A stretch of 64,000 bases of DNA, from contig JBHGNT010000014.1 of the NCBI GenBank assembly GCA_043228905.1, positions 5,146,001 through 5,210,000 of the forward strand. Direction: 5' to 3'. Shown here one piece after another: positions 47,759 to 61,067 of the stretch. The number at the start of each line of letters is the position of its first letter. Position 1 is the stretch's first letter. The notes beneath the pieces are model-generated. The model made no database searches. It was given only the letters and a program-made list of their open reading frames with translations, and was not told the origin of the DNA. The DNA comes from Azolla caroliniana (taxonomy: Eukaryota > Plantae > Polypodiophyta). The translations under genes were made by a program, and so were the position numbers.

Positions 47759-48740
47759 TATATTATCGTCTTCCAAGGTCAAATATGACCTATGAGACCA
47801 AAAATATTACATTTCACGTGATACGTGTGAAGGTGAGTAGCGACTCTCGATGTTCAAGAACTTTACCAATGAATGTTGCAATCAAGAATGCACATCGTGG
47901 TTGTGAGAGAAATTCGTGCAAGGATTGGGCTTGATCGAAGAGATGTGAAAAGCATGGTCGAATATGATCAAAGGCAGAGCATTGTATCAAAGTCTGATAC
48001 TCAGACTCTGGAACTTGTTTAGGGCAAAGTGTGCATAGTCGGCCACTCTCATCACTTGTGCCCCAACACCCCATCTCACATCTCAATGCGTGCGAGCTAA
48101 GTCGCATGGAAGCAATGGTTAGAATGGTAGATATCGGGATGGGCTCTAACATGTATCGATGTGTACGGCTTCCTTGTTCCGCGAAGAATATGGTTTTGTA
48201 GTTAGGTGCAACATTTGTAGTATAATGTGTGAACCGTGAGCCACCACATTTGTCCCATGTCATGATACATTGGCGTTGCAAAAAGGCCTCATTTACAGAG
48301 GAATCTAGTGACGCATCATGAAGCAAGTGTCTTGCATCCCATCTACCAAACCATTTTTCTAAATCTTGCATTCCAACTGGAACACAAAATTTTGCTTTTA
48401 TGCATCTTTTGGATCTTTTTGCTTGCTTCCCATGCAAAAATCTAGGAAGTCGATGTGAGGGGCTTTTTTGAACCTTAAGCATGTATTCAATAACCCTTTC
48501 CATGGCCATGATCTCAATGGGAAGCGATCCCGTCTCAAGGAGGAGAGTGTAGGGCGTTTGTTTCTTTAGGGATGCTACCGCCCCATACTTCCACCCCATA
48601 GAGAAGAACCGGGGTCACCAAAGTGTCAAAAAGATATTTCTTGAGAACCCAACACTTAATATCTCTTGCATGTGTTCTCAAATGCATAATATGCTTGCTT
48701 ACCCACCTCTAAGCGGCGTGTAGCACATTCATACCACTTG
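47722..48740 (-). mobile_element. 5'-truncated non-LTR retrotransposon (LINE; RTEX/L2-like C-terminus) ending in a (TCTA)n tail
   Basis: ORF 47814-48599 has LLLETG, RLSSHALRCEMG...RLCTLC...ESEYQTLIQC; a short 3' UTR is followed by (GATA)n on the plus strand. Confidence 0.78.
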
Positions 48741-49475
48741 TGTCGTGCCTTTCGGCGCCGGATCGTTGCGTGAGTCGGGTGGGAACTGCTGGGGTTTTGG
48801 ACTAGGAGGAGGAAGAATTTGAGGCTAATCTAGTTATAAGAAAGAGAGATTGAAACTTGTGAATCCCACAAGTATATTGTATTAGATTAATCAATATTAA
48901 GATAAGAATATGAATGTAGATTGAAAGATAAGGATATAGAAATCTCGTGAATCCCACGAGTATAGTTTATTTTGTGAATCCCACGAATATATTTTATTAA
49001 TTGGTGTCTTTTAGAAATATATCCAATTTCCAAATATTTCACACCCCTATTACATTGTGCTCCCCATCCTTATATAGTGATGAGAGATTCTTAATAATCC
49101 ATGCTTTTTCTCTAACAATAGACTATATGCTTTATCTAACATGTTTTTTCTAAAGTGATCTTGCTTTTTCTAACTTGATGTGTTTTTATCGACTATAGTG
49201 TTTATGCACGCTAGATGTGCATGTGTAGCTTTTTCTTTTATCATGCATTTTCTTCTAACTAAAGTTTATCCTAGCGTGAACTTACCTTTCTATGTGGGAC
49301 ATCAACTTTATTATCATAAATGATGTGTTAGTGTAATGGTAAGGCTTTACATTATTAACATGGAGGTGCAAGGTTTGAATCTTGCCCTATTTTAATATTT
49401 TCTTCTATTTCTTTATATTTATTGAGTTTAGTACTATATATGTTTTTCACGTAGTGTACGAAATACACTACGACA
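48741..49475 (-). mobile_element. 735-bp solo-LTR-like element with TGTCGT...ACGACA termini
   Basis: Termini shared with 28717-28889; TATATAAG on the minus strand; flanks ACTTG / ACGTG. Confidence 0.62.
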
Positions 49476-50099
49476 ACGTGACGATGGACGAGGATGAGAT
49501 GGTCCAAATCTACCTTGGTGGTCTAGCACACCGATACAGGCCAATCCGAATGGCAATTTGCACTCGGGAGAAACCACCATCCTTCTTCAACTTGCAATCG
49601 ATGCTGATGGTCGAAGAAAACCACGTGAGTGGGTCGAGGACCACTTAATCGGATAGCTGGATGTTGTACACGGAGGTGGATCTGCCCCTTGGGCATGGAG
49701 GACGAGATGGGTCGGCACGCAATGCAAGCAACCGACAAGAGCAGAACCGAAGGCATAGAGATAATGCCGACAACAATTCCGGACCCTCCACAAGCAGGGG
49801 GAGTCAAGACGGCGCTGGAAACCGGCAATCGAAAACCAAAACGAAATGCTGGTATTGTGGCAAGAAAGGCCACCGAGAGAGCGAGTACTGGAAGAAGCGT
49901 GCCGATTCGGATAAATCCGGATTAGGCAAAACCCGACAAGGAAACTGACAAAGCGCGCACTACGCAAAAGGATCGAAACTGCTAAGACCAGAAAAGGGCC
50001 AACCTTTGTGATGAAGCACAAGGCAAACTCGATGAAGAAGACCACTTCCGGATAAGAGGAAGTGTGGTACGTTGACTCCGGAGCATCAAACTACATGAT
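49476..50099 (+). pseudogene. Copia gag-protease fragment 'J', related to H
   Basis: DEDEMVQIYLGGLA, LQSMLMVEENH, CWYCGKKGH, WYVDSGASNYM. Confidence 0.8.
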
Positions 50100-50420
50100 T
50101 GTCATGATATAGCATGATATAGTAAGGTAGTGTCATGATATAGCATGGTATGGCTTCAAAAGGATTTGAACCCATGACCTTATGGCACATGGGTGGAATC
50201 CTTACCATTAAGCTATAAGTTGTAATATAAAGAATATTATTTCCATTTATTATTTCATTTACGAATTCCATGTATATTCTAGATTTCTTTGGAACATTCT
50301 AGAAATGTCAAGAGTATTCCTAAAGACATTATAAAAAGAGGCACATGGCATTATCAAGAACCAAATCGATTCAACGCCAGTCTTAAGCCTCATAGCTATT
50401 CTTGTACTAACTCTTCATGT

Positions 50421-53400
50421 AACACCGGGTCATTTGAAACAGGTAATATGTCGCATTCTCTTTTTCATATCTTAGTGAGATGTTAAAAAATGCCTTATTT
50501 AAGCAAAATTTCAACAAGGCACGACGCATGTGTATGTGGTTTATGAAAACATAGCGAAAAAAAGAACTAACTAATATCACGTCAACAAAATCATCCGACG
50601 TATATTCTATCTACCATGTTTTTGTCCAAATCTTAGACAGGGGTGTATTTGTCAACACAAGTATAATAGTAACACGGGTCCTTGTGCATATTCTAAAAAG
50701 CATGCCCCATTGAATAAGTGACTTCTTCTAATTATGTGTGTATATTTAAATATAATACATCTTAAAGCAAATTGTGAGCCTTGCAATTAAGAGATACTAC
50801 TATGTCAAGAGAAAATTTCCATTGACACGTGATACATGACACTGTCAATGTATAAATAAACTAGTCTACAATAACATTCCAATCATACGAGTAAATGATA
50901 GAGTATAAACTTATCTCCGATATACCCCAAATGATAAAGGAGAGTTTAGATAACATGTACACATACAAGTATACTTAATTTCTAAGTTCAATGATTGTTA
51001 CACGAAAATTATAAGTAAGCTCAACTTATATATTACGTCAAAATTTAACAATTCATATTGTTCAAAATTTACAATAAGCCATAACCATTCAATCGAATAA
51101 TAAGTCTGGTAAAGCCGTCTACTCAGGATTAGCTCTTTCATCAGGATTGTCCTCATTGGCTTCGTCAGTACGCTAAGTTGAATTGTTAGTATGTTCAGAC
51201 TCTGAAACGTCTTCTAATTCAACAAGTTGCCCTGCGTCTTCATCTATAGTTCCACAAGTTTTCTAAAAGTCATCTGGAACATCTAAGTTTTATTGATATG
51301 CTTTGCCCCAACTTCTTGGTCTTGATCAGGACAACCCCAGATACCTTGGATCCTCATTTTGATGACATTAACTTGCTCAAGGTCCTTCTCTAATGCAACA
51401 GAGTTCCTGATAATCTTTAAGGCGTATGTTTTAGTAGTACATGACAGTACAATGAAATTGCACAGGTAACATCAAACTGAAGAATAGAATATAACGTTAA
51501 TCTAAATTGATGTAAGTTTTATATTATATACCTGTGTTAGAAAACTAATCTAAAACCCATTGAAAATTTGAAACAATAAAATTTGAAAAAATAAAAAATC
51601 TTGGATTTTTAATTGGAATCCAATGCGATGCACTAGATTTCAGTTGAAAATCCAAGTTTTTTTTTTTGTAATTTTTAAAAAAATTTCCATTAAAAAATAA
51701 AAAATGGATTTTCAGCTAAAATACTATGCACTACATTATATTTTAGTATATATAAATTAGAGTCGAAAATCCATTTTTCTTTTTTCTTTTTCCAATGTTA
51801 TTTATTTATTTATTTTCCATATAAAATAATAATAAACGCCTTTTCAATTGAAATCCGATACACTACATCAGATCGTAGTCTATACAGCTAGACATTGATG
51901 CATTGCATCAGATTTTAGCTGGCAATCCTCTTTCTTTTCAATTGTTTTTCATTTTTTCAAAAAATAAATAAAAATATATTAAAAAAGTGGATTACCAACT
52001 AAAATCTAATGCACTACATCGAATTTCAATTAAAAATCAAAATTTCTTTTAGGTTTTTCATAAAACAATGAGATAATAAAAAAATATTACATTTTCAACA
52101 AAATCTGAACCATTGAGTCGGATTTCAATTGCAAATTAATGTTTTATGAAAAAACATAAGAAAAATATTGGACTTTCAACGCATCGGATTTCTGTTGAAA
52201 CTCAGTGATTTTGAACGGAAATCCGATGTAGTGCATCGGATTTCCATTGAAAATCCTATTGAAAATGATGTGTTTTCAACGGGAATCCGATGCACTGCAT
52301 CGGATTCCCGTTGAAAACACATCATTTTAAATGGAGAATATCACAATTTGTTTATTTTTAACACTTTTTTAGAGAAAAATATAACAAATAAGAAAATTTG
52401 TAAACAAACAAGAAAAAGTGGACCTTCAATGGAAATCCGATGCAGTGCATCGGATTTCCGTTGAAAATCCATTTTTTTCAATTCCTATATATTTATTTAT
52501 GATAAAAACAAAAACAATTCAAAACAAATACAAAATAAAATTCAAAATATCTGAAAAATTGGAAACAAATAAGACAAAATGGATTTTCAATAGAAATCTG
52601 ATGTAGTGCATCGGATTTCTGTTGAAAACCCATTTTTTACAATTTTTATTTATTTATTTATGAGAAAAAATTTAAAAAAATTTAAAAAATACAAAAAAAT
52701 ATTTTAAAATATGAAAATTTAGTAACAAATAGCAAAAAGTGGACTTTCAATAGTCGGATTTCCTTTGAAAATTCATTTTTTCAATTTCTATATAGTTATT
52801 TATGAGAAAATAGACAAACAAAATGCCAAAAAAATTCTAAAAACTATGAAAATTTGGAAAAAAATAAGAAAAAGTGGATTTTCTATGGAAATCCGATGCA
52901 GTGCATCGGATTTCCATTGAAAATCTATTTTTTCAATATTTATTTATTTTTTATAGAAAAAATTCAAAAAAATTCAAAAAAATTCAAAAAAAAAAGCAAA
53001 TTTGGAAAAAAATATGTAAAAGTGGACTTTCAACCAAAATCCGATGCAGTGCATCGGATTTCCGTTGAAAATCCATTTTTTCAATTTTTATTTATTTTTT
53101 TATGGGAAAAATAAAAACAAATTAAAAAACAATTCAAAAAATAAGAAAATTTTCAAAAAAATAAGAGAAATTGGATTTTCAATTGAATCCAATGCACGGA
53201 ATTGGATTTCCATTGAAATCTAATTTTTCAATTTTTATTTATTTATTTACGAGTAAAATAAAAAATGTTTATTTATTTATTTATGGGAAAATGTTTTATT
53301 TTTTCAATTTGTATTTATTTATGTATTTTCGAGAAATCCATGCAATGTATCATATTTTAGTCTATGTAGCTAGAATTCAATGCAATGCATTAAAATGCAA

Positions 53401-54303
53401 GAGTATTTTTTTAATAGAAATTTTTAAAAAAATTCCAAGACTTACAGGAATCTGATGCATTATATCCAATTCTAGATGTATAGAGTAAAATTCGACATGT
53501 TGCCTCAAATCTAGATGGAATGAATCGGATTTCTGTACGACATCAAAGGATTACTATGAGAATCTAAGAAAAATGGAAAACATCTTTAAGACATTTTTTA
53601 GATTCTAATGATTTTGGTAGAAAGCTTCTCTCACATAATCTAATCTTGTAAATGGAAAGTACATAATGAAATATCATAACCAAAAAGTGAGGAGGAAAGA
53701 TGCATCAAGCACATCTACTCTTACATTGGATAATGTTTATATATTAGTGTATGACTTATCTTTGACCAAAACAAGTTATCTGTGACAAACCACAATGAAG
53801 ATACTAAAAGAGGATCTAGAATGTGGCTTCAGACACAACACAAAGACAAACAAGAAGCATGACTCATAAACTCGATGAGGTTGGATTGCAATTGGATCAA
53901 CACAATGCATTAGTTGCCATTGATGATGAGGATGAGACCTCATAAACTCGTACTAGTTCATCTAATGGGTATGAAGATGATGACATAAACTTGAAAAATG
54001 ATTGTCCTGATACGTTAACTATAAATATTGTATTGCACATCAAGATTTGGATTCAGAATTTCTATAAATATTGGGGTTAGTCATTTTGGACATTCATTTG
54101 TAAGTTTGGCATGTCCATTATTTAGGCATATTTTTGAACACCTAAATTTCCGTACATGTTAAAAATCAATATATTTTTGGGTCATTTTTAAAATTCCTTT
54201 ACGCATGCGGCACCCCTTTTTGTGAATCACCCTAATTTGTGTCATTTTTTGATGGACAGTTCTCAAAATGCGACATATTACCTGTTTCAAATGTCCCGGT
54301 GTT
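50421..54303. mobile_element. 3.9-kb non-autonomous TIR DNA transposon with an internal palindrome array
   Basis: 37-bp TIRs at 50421-50457 and 54267-54303 (1 mismatch), flanked by ATGT / ATGT; a TA TSD is an alternative reading. Confidence 0.82.
51600..53540. repeat. Array of ~45-bp palindromic units (GGATTTTCAACGGAAATCCGATGCA-N-TGCATCGGATTTCCGTTGAAAATCC) separated by A/T-rich spacers
   Basis: More than a dozen copies; a perfect palindrome with 33-bp arms at 52262-52328. Confidence 0.9.
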
Positions 54304-54326
54304 ATGTAATATATCACCTGTTATCA

Positions 54327-54364
<38 letters not shown>

Positions 54365-55690
54365 TTTCTCTTTTTCTCTCTCGTGAGTCTTACACATTCC
54401 CTTCCTCTTAGTACTAATCCTCATAGTACTTCCCTTCTCTAGTACTAATTCTCTCTCTGTTTTTAGTACTATTCTTGATAATTTGAACCGATTTCGCATC
54501 CTCTTTTCCCTCATTCCCTTCATACTGATCCTCTTATCCTCCCTAGTAAAATGGCAATTGTTAGCGCTCAGGAATACCAATCTATTTTCTCTGAGCTTCA
54601 GTGCTTAAAAGAGCAGTTTGTAGCACTAGAACAAGAAAATCACTATGTGTTGGGAGATCTTCAACAAATAGCTCTAGAAAAACAACAACAACACGGGGAG
54701 CTGACGTTACGTGTACAACAACTTGAAGCGACAATTGTATCACTACAACAACAAGGATCAAGTGCTCAAGGGACTCACAAAGAACCCAAGATCGGTCTTC
54801 CTATGAAATTTAATGGGACCCGATTTTAGAGGTTTTCTTAATCAGGTATGCTTAGTGATTCAAATGCATCCTTCTCGATATCCCACCGATGGGACCAATA
54901 GGCACGCTACTTAGTGGCATGGCTTTGGCATGGTTCACCCCCATGTTAGAAAAAAGTTCTCCCTTGTTAAATTATTTTGAAGAGTTTATTAGCGAGTTTA
55001 AAGCCTGTTTGGTGATACCGACAGTGTTAGGAAGACAATCAACAAAATCTGAAGATTGCGCCAAGGTGGGCGGCCGGCCTCGGCTTATGCTACGGATTTC
55101 CGTCTTCTGGCCACTGATATTCTCTGGGAGGACTAGGCATTAATGGAGCAATTTCGTTTTAGCCTACATAATGATGTCAAGGATTTACTCTTAACTTTCC
55201 CGAAGAGCCAAAGTCATTGATAGAAGCAATCAGTCGCGTGGTGCGATGCAATAACCACCTTTTCGAACGACGTTCGGAACGTCAGTTCCAGATGCCAAGG
55301 ACAAGATCAGAGCCCACCTACATCTTAGTTGTAGCAAAACCTTTTCCAAGGGAGTCTGTTGAGAATCAAGCTCAACTTGGTCTAGTGTGTGAACTCACCT
55401 TGAGAGTGAATAGACACTCCAACGGTCAAGAATCACCATTATGTCACCACTTTGTATTCTAGCATTTAGTATGAGTCATAGAATCATATTCTATGACACA
55501 TAACTTATGAGCTTTCACATTCCCCATGCTCCATGAGTCTTGTAGTTAATGAAGAGAGAGGGTGACTATATAAAGCACCCTCCTCCCACCTTGTATGACG
55601 TTGAGTCTTTCTCCTTTGTTAATATACTTAACCTTGCGTATTCTTTGTGTCTTACTCATTGTCTCTCTCACACACACACACTCTCTCTTT

Positions 55691-55764
<74 letters not shown>

Positions 55765-58700
55765 TCATATCTATCCCGCTGCACAGAATCCATTTCTTGA
55801 TTCTTTACATGGTATCAAAGCGACTTGGTAGCTCGATCTAGCCCATCCACGTGCGTTGTGTCCTATGCCAACGACCAAGAACCGGCTCATCGCTATCGTA
55901 GCTTCGCTATATAGCTTGCGTTCAAAGAGAAGAAGAAGAAGAAGAAGAAGAAGAAGAAGAAGAATAGACATAATGAATACTCAAATGGGGAGCGCTCTCC
56001 CTACCGAGAAGTTGGATCGAAACAAGTTCGCATCTTGGGAGTACAAGATGCACCAATACCTTGTCGGACAAGGCTATTGGAGCTACATCAAAGGAGCGCA
56101 CGAAGACGGACCCATCGAAACGGCTCCCAGATACGCGACATGGGAGCAAGCCACAAACTGCGTGATGTATTGCTTGGCGACATGTGTTCACAATCACATG
56201 CTCGACTACATTCGCGAAGCCAAGATGTCGAAGGAGGCATGGGAAAATCTACGAAAGATTTTTGTGGCGAACACAACCGCAAGAAGGCTTCAACTCTACC
56301 AAGCGTTGAACAACATTCAACAAAGGGACATGTCCATCACGACATACACCTTGAAGATCACGGAGCTTTGCGACTCGCTCGGCTCGATATGCGTAAATAT
56401 TGATGATGATGAGATGGTGCAAATATGTCTCGGCGGCCTCGCACCACGGTTCGGCGCAATGCGAACCGCTGTGCTAGCAAGGGAGAAATCTCCCTCCTTC
56501 TTCGAGCTCCAATCAATGCTATTGGTTGAAGAAAACCACGTGCGTACAAGGAGCAATGAGTCGGAAGGCCACATGCTCTACATGCACTCGAACGGAGGAA
56601 GAGGACGCGAACGAGCGAGAGGCCGATTCGGCCAAGGACAAGGTGGATGAGGTTCGACCTATGACGACAACTCCCAATTTCGGCCGCAAAACGGAAGCCA
56701 ATGAGGAACCTTCGCAAGAAGGGGGAGCTTCCACTCCGGCCTGAGCCGTCAAAACGCAACCAAATGCGGATATTGCGGAAAGCTCGACCACCACGAAGAA
56801 AAGTGCCGAAAGAATATGCGCGAATCGACTTCCACAAGCCGACAACTCATGAATTACACGCACAATTTCGACTACAAAGAGTATAGCGGAATGTACGGGC
56901 ACAACTCCGATTATGAAGATCATGGCGGAATGTATGCACACAACTCCGACCATGGCGGAATGTTCATGATGAAACATAGAGCGAATTCTATGTCGGCCTC
57001 TACCTTAACTAGTGCCCTCAATCTGGAGGACGTATGGTTTGTTGACTCCGGAGCCTCAAACCATATGAAATCTCATAAAGAATGGTTTCTCGAACTTCGG
57101 GAGCCGTAGCGACCCGATTATGTCGAAACCGGAGATGACACCACGCACCTGATTCGGCACATCGGCAATGTTCCGTTTGGCGAAAGAGGTAAGCAAACAT
57201 ACATTAAAAATGTCTTGCATGTTCCCACCATCACGAAGAATTTGGTCTTGGTCGGCCAAATGGTTGAGCAAGGGATGCAAGTACGATTCGACCAAGAAGG
57301 GTGCTTCATCGAAAAAGAGGGTTGAATCATCACACGTGGAAGAAGAGAGGGCCGAATGTTCATTCTCGATTCACACGAGATGAAATTCGCCATGTTCGCA
57401 AAAAGCACGAAAGCCGACTCTGACATAGAGCTATGGCACAAGTGAATCGGCCACATCAATCTCAATAAACTCAAAGCAATGAAATCGAAAGGAGTTGTCA
57501 TCGGACTCCAGACATTCAAAGAGAAGGAGATTGAAGGTGTATGCAAAGCGTGCCAATTCGGCAAGCAACACCGTCACCCATTCCCGAAAGAGCGGAACGT
57601 GAGCAAAGGTCTACTTGACATAGTCCATTCCGACGTATGGGGACCGGCGCAGACGGCTACATTCGGCGGATGTCGATATTACGTGCTCTTCATCGACGAC
57701 TTCTCCAGGCACACATGGCTCTATCTGATGCGGCATAAGAGCGAAGTGTTCGGGTACTTCCAAAAGTTTAAAAATGAAGTCGAAAAAGCCACTGGTCGTC
57801 ATGTACGATGCCTTTGATCAGATGGCGGCAAGGAGTACTTCTCGGACGATTTCACAGCGTATCTCCGAAAGGAAGGAATTCGACGAGAATTCACTTGCCG
57901 ACACACTCTACAACAAAACGGAGTAGCCGAGTGCAAAAATCGGCACATCCTCGAAGTAGCGCGGGCCATGATGAACGAGAAGCATATGCCCAAGTCATAT
58001 TGGGCCGAAGCTGCAAATACGACCGTCTAACTAATGAACCAGTGCACAACATCCGGAGTGCACGAGGTCACTCTACATGAAAAATACTTCGGAAAGAAGC
58101 CGGACTTATTGCACACTTGGATATTCAGCACGATAGCATATGTGCACATACCCGATGAAAAGCGGCAAAAGCTAGATCCAAAGTCGGAGAAATGTATCCT
58201 CGTAGGATACTCACTCGAATAAAAGGGGTACAAATGCTACAACCCATCTACCCCAACGTTCGAGTAAGTCGAGACGTCGTGTTCGACGAATCCGCATCCT
58301 GGTACGCACCATAGAAGATTCCGACTTTGACCCCGATTGGCGCGGAATCGGCCGAACAAGAGCAAGAAGGTGGAGATCGCCTCGAAGACATGTTCGAAGA
58401 TAGTCCGATTACCACAAGGCTAAGTGGGCCACAAGAGCCCTCGAGCGATCAAAGCACATCATGGCCTAACCTGAAGATGGACAAAGGCAAGGCGAAAATG
58501 TCGGAATACGAAGTTGATCGCTTTGACGACTCACTCACTGGACAGTGAGTTCGGCGGCTTCGATGTACCAATCGGAGCTAAGAAAGCCCTCATCTCTGCA
58601 AATGAAAAACTCCGCCGCTCTACCCGTGAAAAGAATCCGGTCAACCCGTGAAACGACTACATGGCATATCACTATGCCTTTATGATGAAGGTGGCGACAG

Positions 58701-59338
58701 TACACGAGCCGGAAACATTTTCCGAAGCAGCCAAGGATCCGCGATGGATCGAAGCCATGAACGAGGAGATGCAGGCACTATGCAAGAATGAGACGTGGGA
58801 TCTTGTTCCTAGCTCACCACACTAAAAGGCGATCGATCGGATGCAGATGGATTTACAAAGTGAAGTACAACGCCGACGGTTCCATCAACTGCTACAAAGT
58901 GCGACTTGTAGCGAAAGACTACGCACAAACGCACGGAGTTGACTATGAAGAGACCTTTGCCCCTGTTATCCGTGGGATTGAAAGTATAGTGTGTTGGTAC
59001 ATGGATAGATAAGTGAAGTTTTTGTATTAAAAGACATGGGTAAGTGTATGTGCAAATATGCACATGAGTGAGTGAGTATATTAATATGTAAAGTGGGTAG
59101 GTTGTTACAAGGTTATGTAACTAACCTACAACTCTCATGGATGTTCTTGGATTGTAACCCTCATGGAATGTACCTATATAATCCCACCATAGGGGACATG
59201 AATGAAATACAAGTTTTCCTCTCAACATTGTTTTGTCTCTCTCTTTATCTCTTTGTCTCTCTCTCGCGCTCTCGCGCTCAACCCCCTTGGGAGGGGGGGT
59301 AGAGCTCTTCTTGGCTCCACCCCCCACCCATCAACACT

Positions 59339-59348
59339 TGGCACGCCC
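59339..59348 (+). promoter_or_regulatory. PBS of element E (tRNA-Arg, UCU-type)
   Basis: TGGCACGCCC, 2 nt after the 5' LTR. Confidence 0.85.
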
Positions 59349-59929
59349 TACGGCCGACCCTCCCTTTGAGAACAAGTCGAAGACCTACATGTGACGGAAG
59401 AATGCGAGAGAGCCTGGTTATGGCTACGGCTATGCGAGATGCTCATGGTGCTGATTTTTTCATCATCATCCTCATGCCCCCATATTCCCTCAATCTCATG
59501 CTAAAGTTCCTCCGGATTGAGGAATTACACACGGGGATGTTGTTGATACGGATGTGGACCATTTCTTGCCATGCAACAACAACACTCCATGTCTTTTCTG
59601 GTCTTTGGTCTGAGATGACAGAGAGGATGGGATCGTGAAGACAACGTTTCTTTGTGTTTCATCCCATTTCCGGGTTTCTCAGGATTTTCTATGGAATTCA
59701 AACCTTTCAAGTTAGGGTTTCTAATGGTGGCATGGAACCTCACCCCTTCTTTGTTTGAGTCTCAGAGCTCTAGCACTTCGTCTCTCTCAACCCTCCTCTC
59801 AAGAGAATCGGGAAATTCCTTCTGTTCTGGAATAATTAAAAAAGAAAACACAACAATTTGTCTGCATTGTAATCAGCAATTGCATTGCAGCCAAGTAGTG
59901 GTCGACAACGTCCAGATAGCGGTCAGACA

Positions 59930-60265
59930 GTGGCCGACAATGGCCGATCAACGGCTGGAAAATGGCCGAACAGTGGCCGAGTGGTGGCCAAACAGTGGCG
60001 ATTGGCCAAACAGCGCCCAGAAAGTGGCTGAATAGCGGCCGGACATTGGCCAACAGCAGCCTAGTGGTGGCCAAATAGTGGCAATTGGCCGAACAGTGGA
60101 CGAGTGGCGGCCAAACAAAGGCCAAGCGAAGGCCGGATAGTGGCCGAACAATGGCCGAATGGCGGTAGCCAATTGTGGATAGCGGCCGGACAATGCTTGA
60201 ACAACGGCCGGATAGCCGACGATGGTCGGAGAGCGGCCGAGTGATGGCCGGATAGCGGTTGGACA
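59930..60265. repeat. Degenerate ~11-bp tandem repeat (TGGCCGAACAG-like) inside element E
   Basis: Read directly from the sequence. Confidence 0.8.
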
Positions 60266-60776
60266 AGCGATGGCTGAGACAAACAACCAGCCAGACAGCG
60301 GAGAAAGAAGGAGAAGAAGACAAAGCAAAAGGAAGAGAAGAAAGAACAAACAAAAGAAGAAGATAGAGAGTAGATGCAGAAAGAAACAGGATGATGAGAA
60401 GGATGGAGAAAAGAGAAAGAAGAAAATTAGAAACGAAAAAGAGAGGAAGCAAGAACCCAAAGAAGACACAGAGACAGATACAGAAGAGTAAGAAGAAGAG
60501 CATCTGGTGCAAGCATAGGAGGAAAGATCGAGATCGAGATCGAGATCGAGAAAAGAGAAAAGAAAGGGGCATACTGAGAAATTACAGAAAAGATGGGGCA
60601 TCACCAAAATTCAGAAATGTAAGGGTACAAATCTGAAGGGCATAGTGAGCGATTTCAAACGCCCGAGGACATGACACGAAATTTAAAAAATCAAAGGGCA
60701 GAAGAGAAAATTTCGAAAACAACAGGACAAATCCGAAAATTTTGTAAACTCACGATAACTCACATAAAATAAAAGA

Positions 60777-60830
<54 letters not shown>

Positions 60831-61026
60831 CAATATCATTTCAATCCTAAAACGAGAGTACCATAGTTCTATATTTGCCAATGTTCCGACTGAACAAGAG
60901 GTTCGTGATGTTGAGTTTGTGTTCGTGTTATGCGTGTTCCGGTCTATGGAGTTCCGACCAACACGAAAGAGAAGACCGAGGGAGTTCTGGTCCAAAGACC
61001 GTTGTTCATGTTTATTATTGCGGCAT

Positions 61027-61067
61027 GTGGGTTCTGCCGTGCAAGGCACTGTCCCACGGGCGTGCCG
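61027..61067 (+). other. tRNA-Arg 3'-end-like sequence (inverted PBS) at the PPT position of element E
   Basis: GTGGGTTCTGCCGTGCAAGGCACTGTCCCACGGGCGTGCCG, then TATG, then the LTR; no purine tract. Confidence 0.78.

Noticed and set aside
48726-48740. TGGTATG on the minus strand next to the 48741 element as an iMet PBS
   Set aside because: The match to TGGTATCAGAGC ends after 6 nt, and the bases read as LINE coding sequence (KWYECATRRL).
51600-53540. Regularly spaced palindromic repeats resembling a CRISPR array
   Set aside because: The spacers are long, low-complexity and similar to each other; the array lies inside a TIR element in eukaryotic DNA; there are no cas genes.
59799-60607. 257-aa and 219-aa hydrophobic ORFs in element E as a possible env gene
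   Set aside because: They arise from the reverse complement of AG-rich and TGGCCG repeats.
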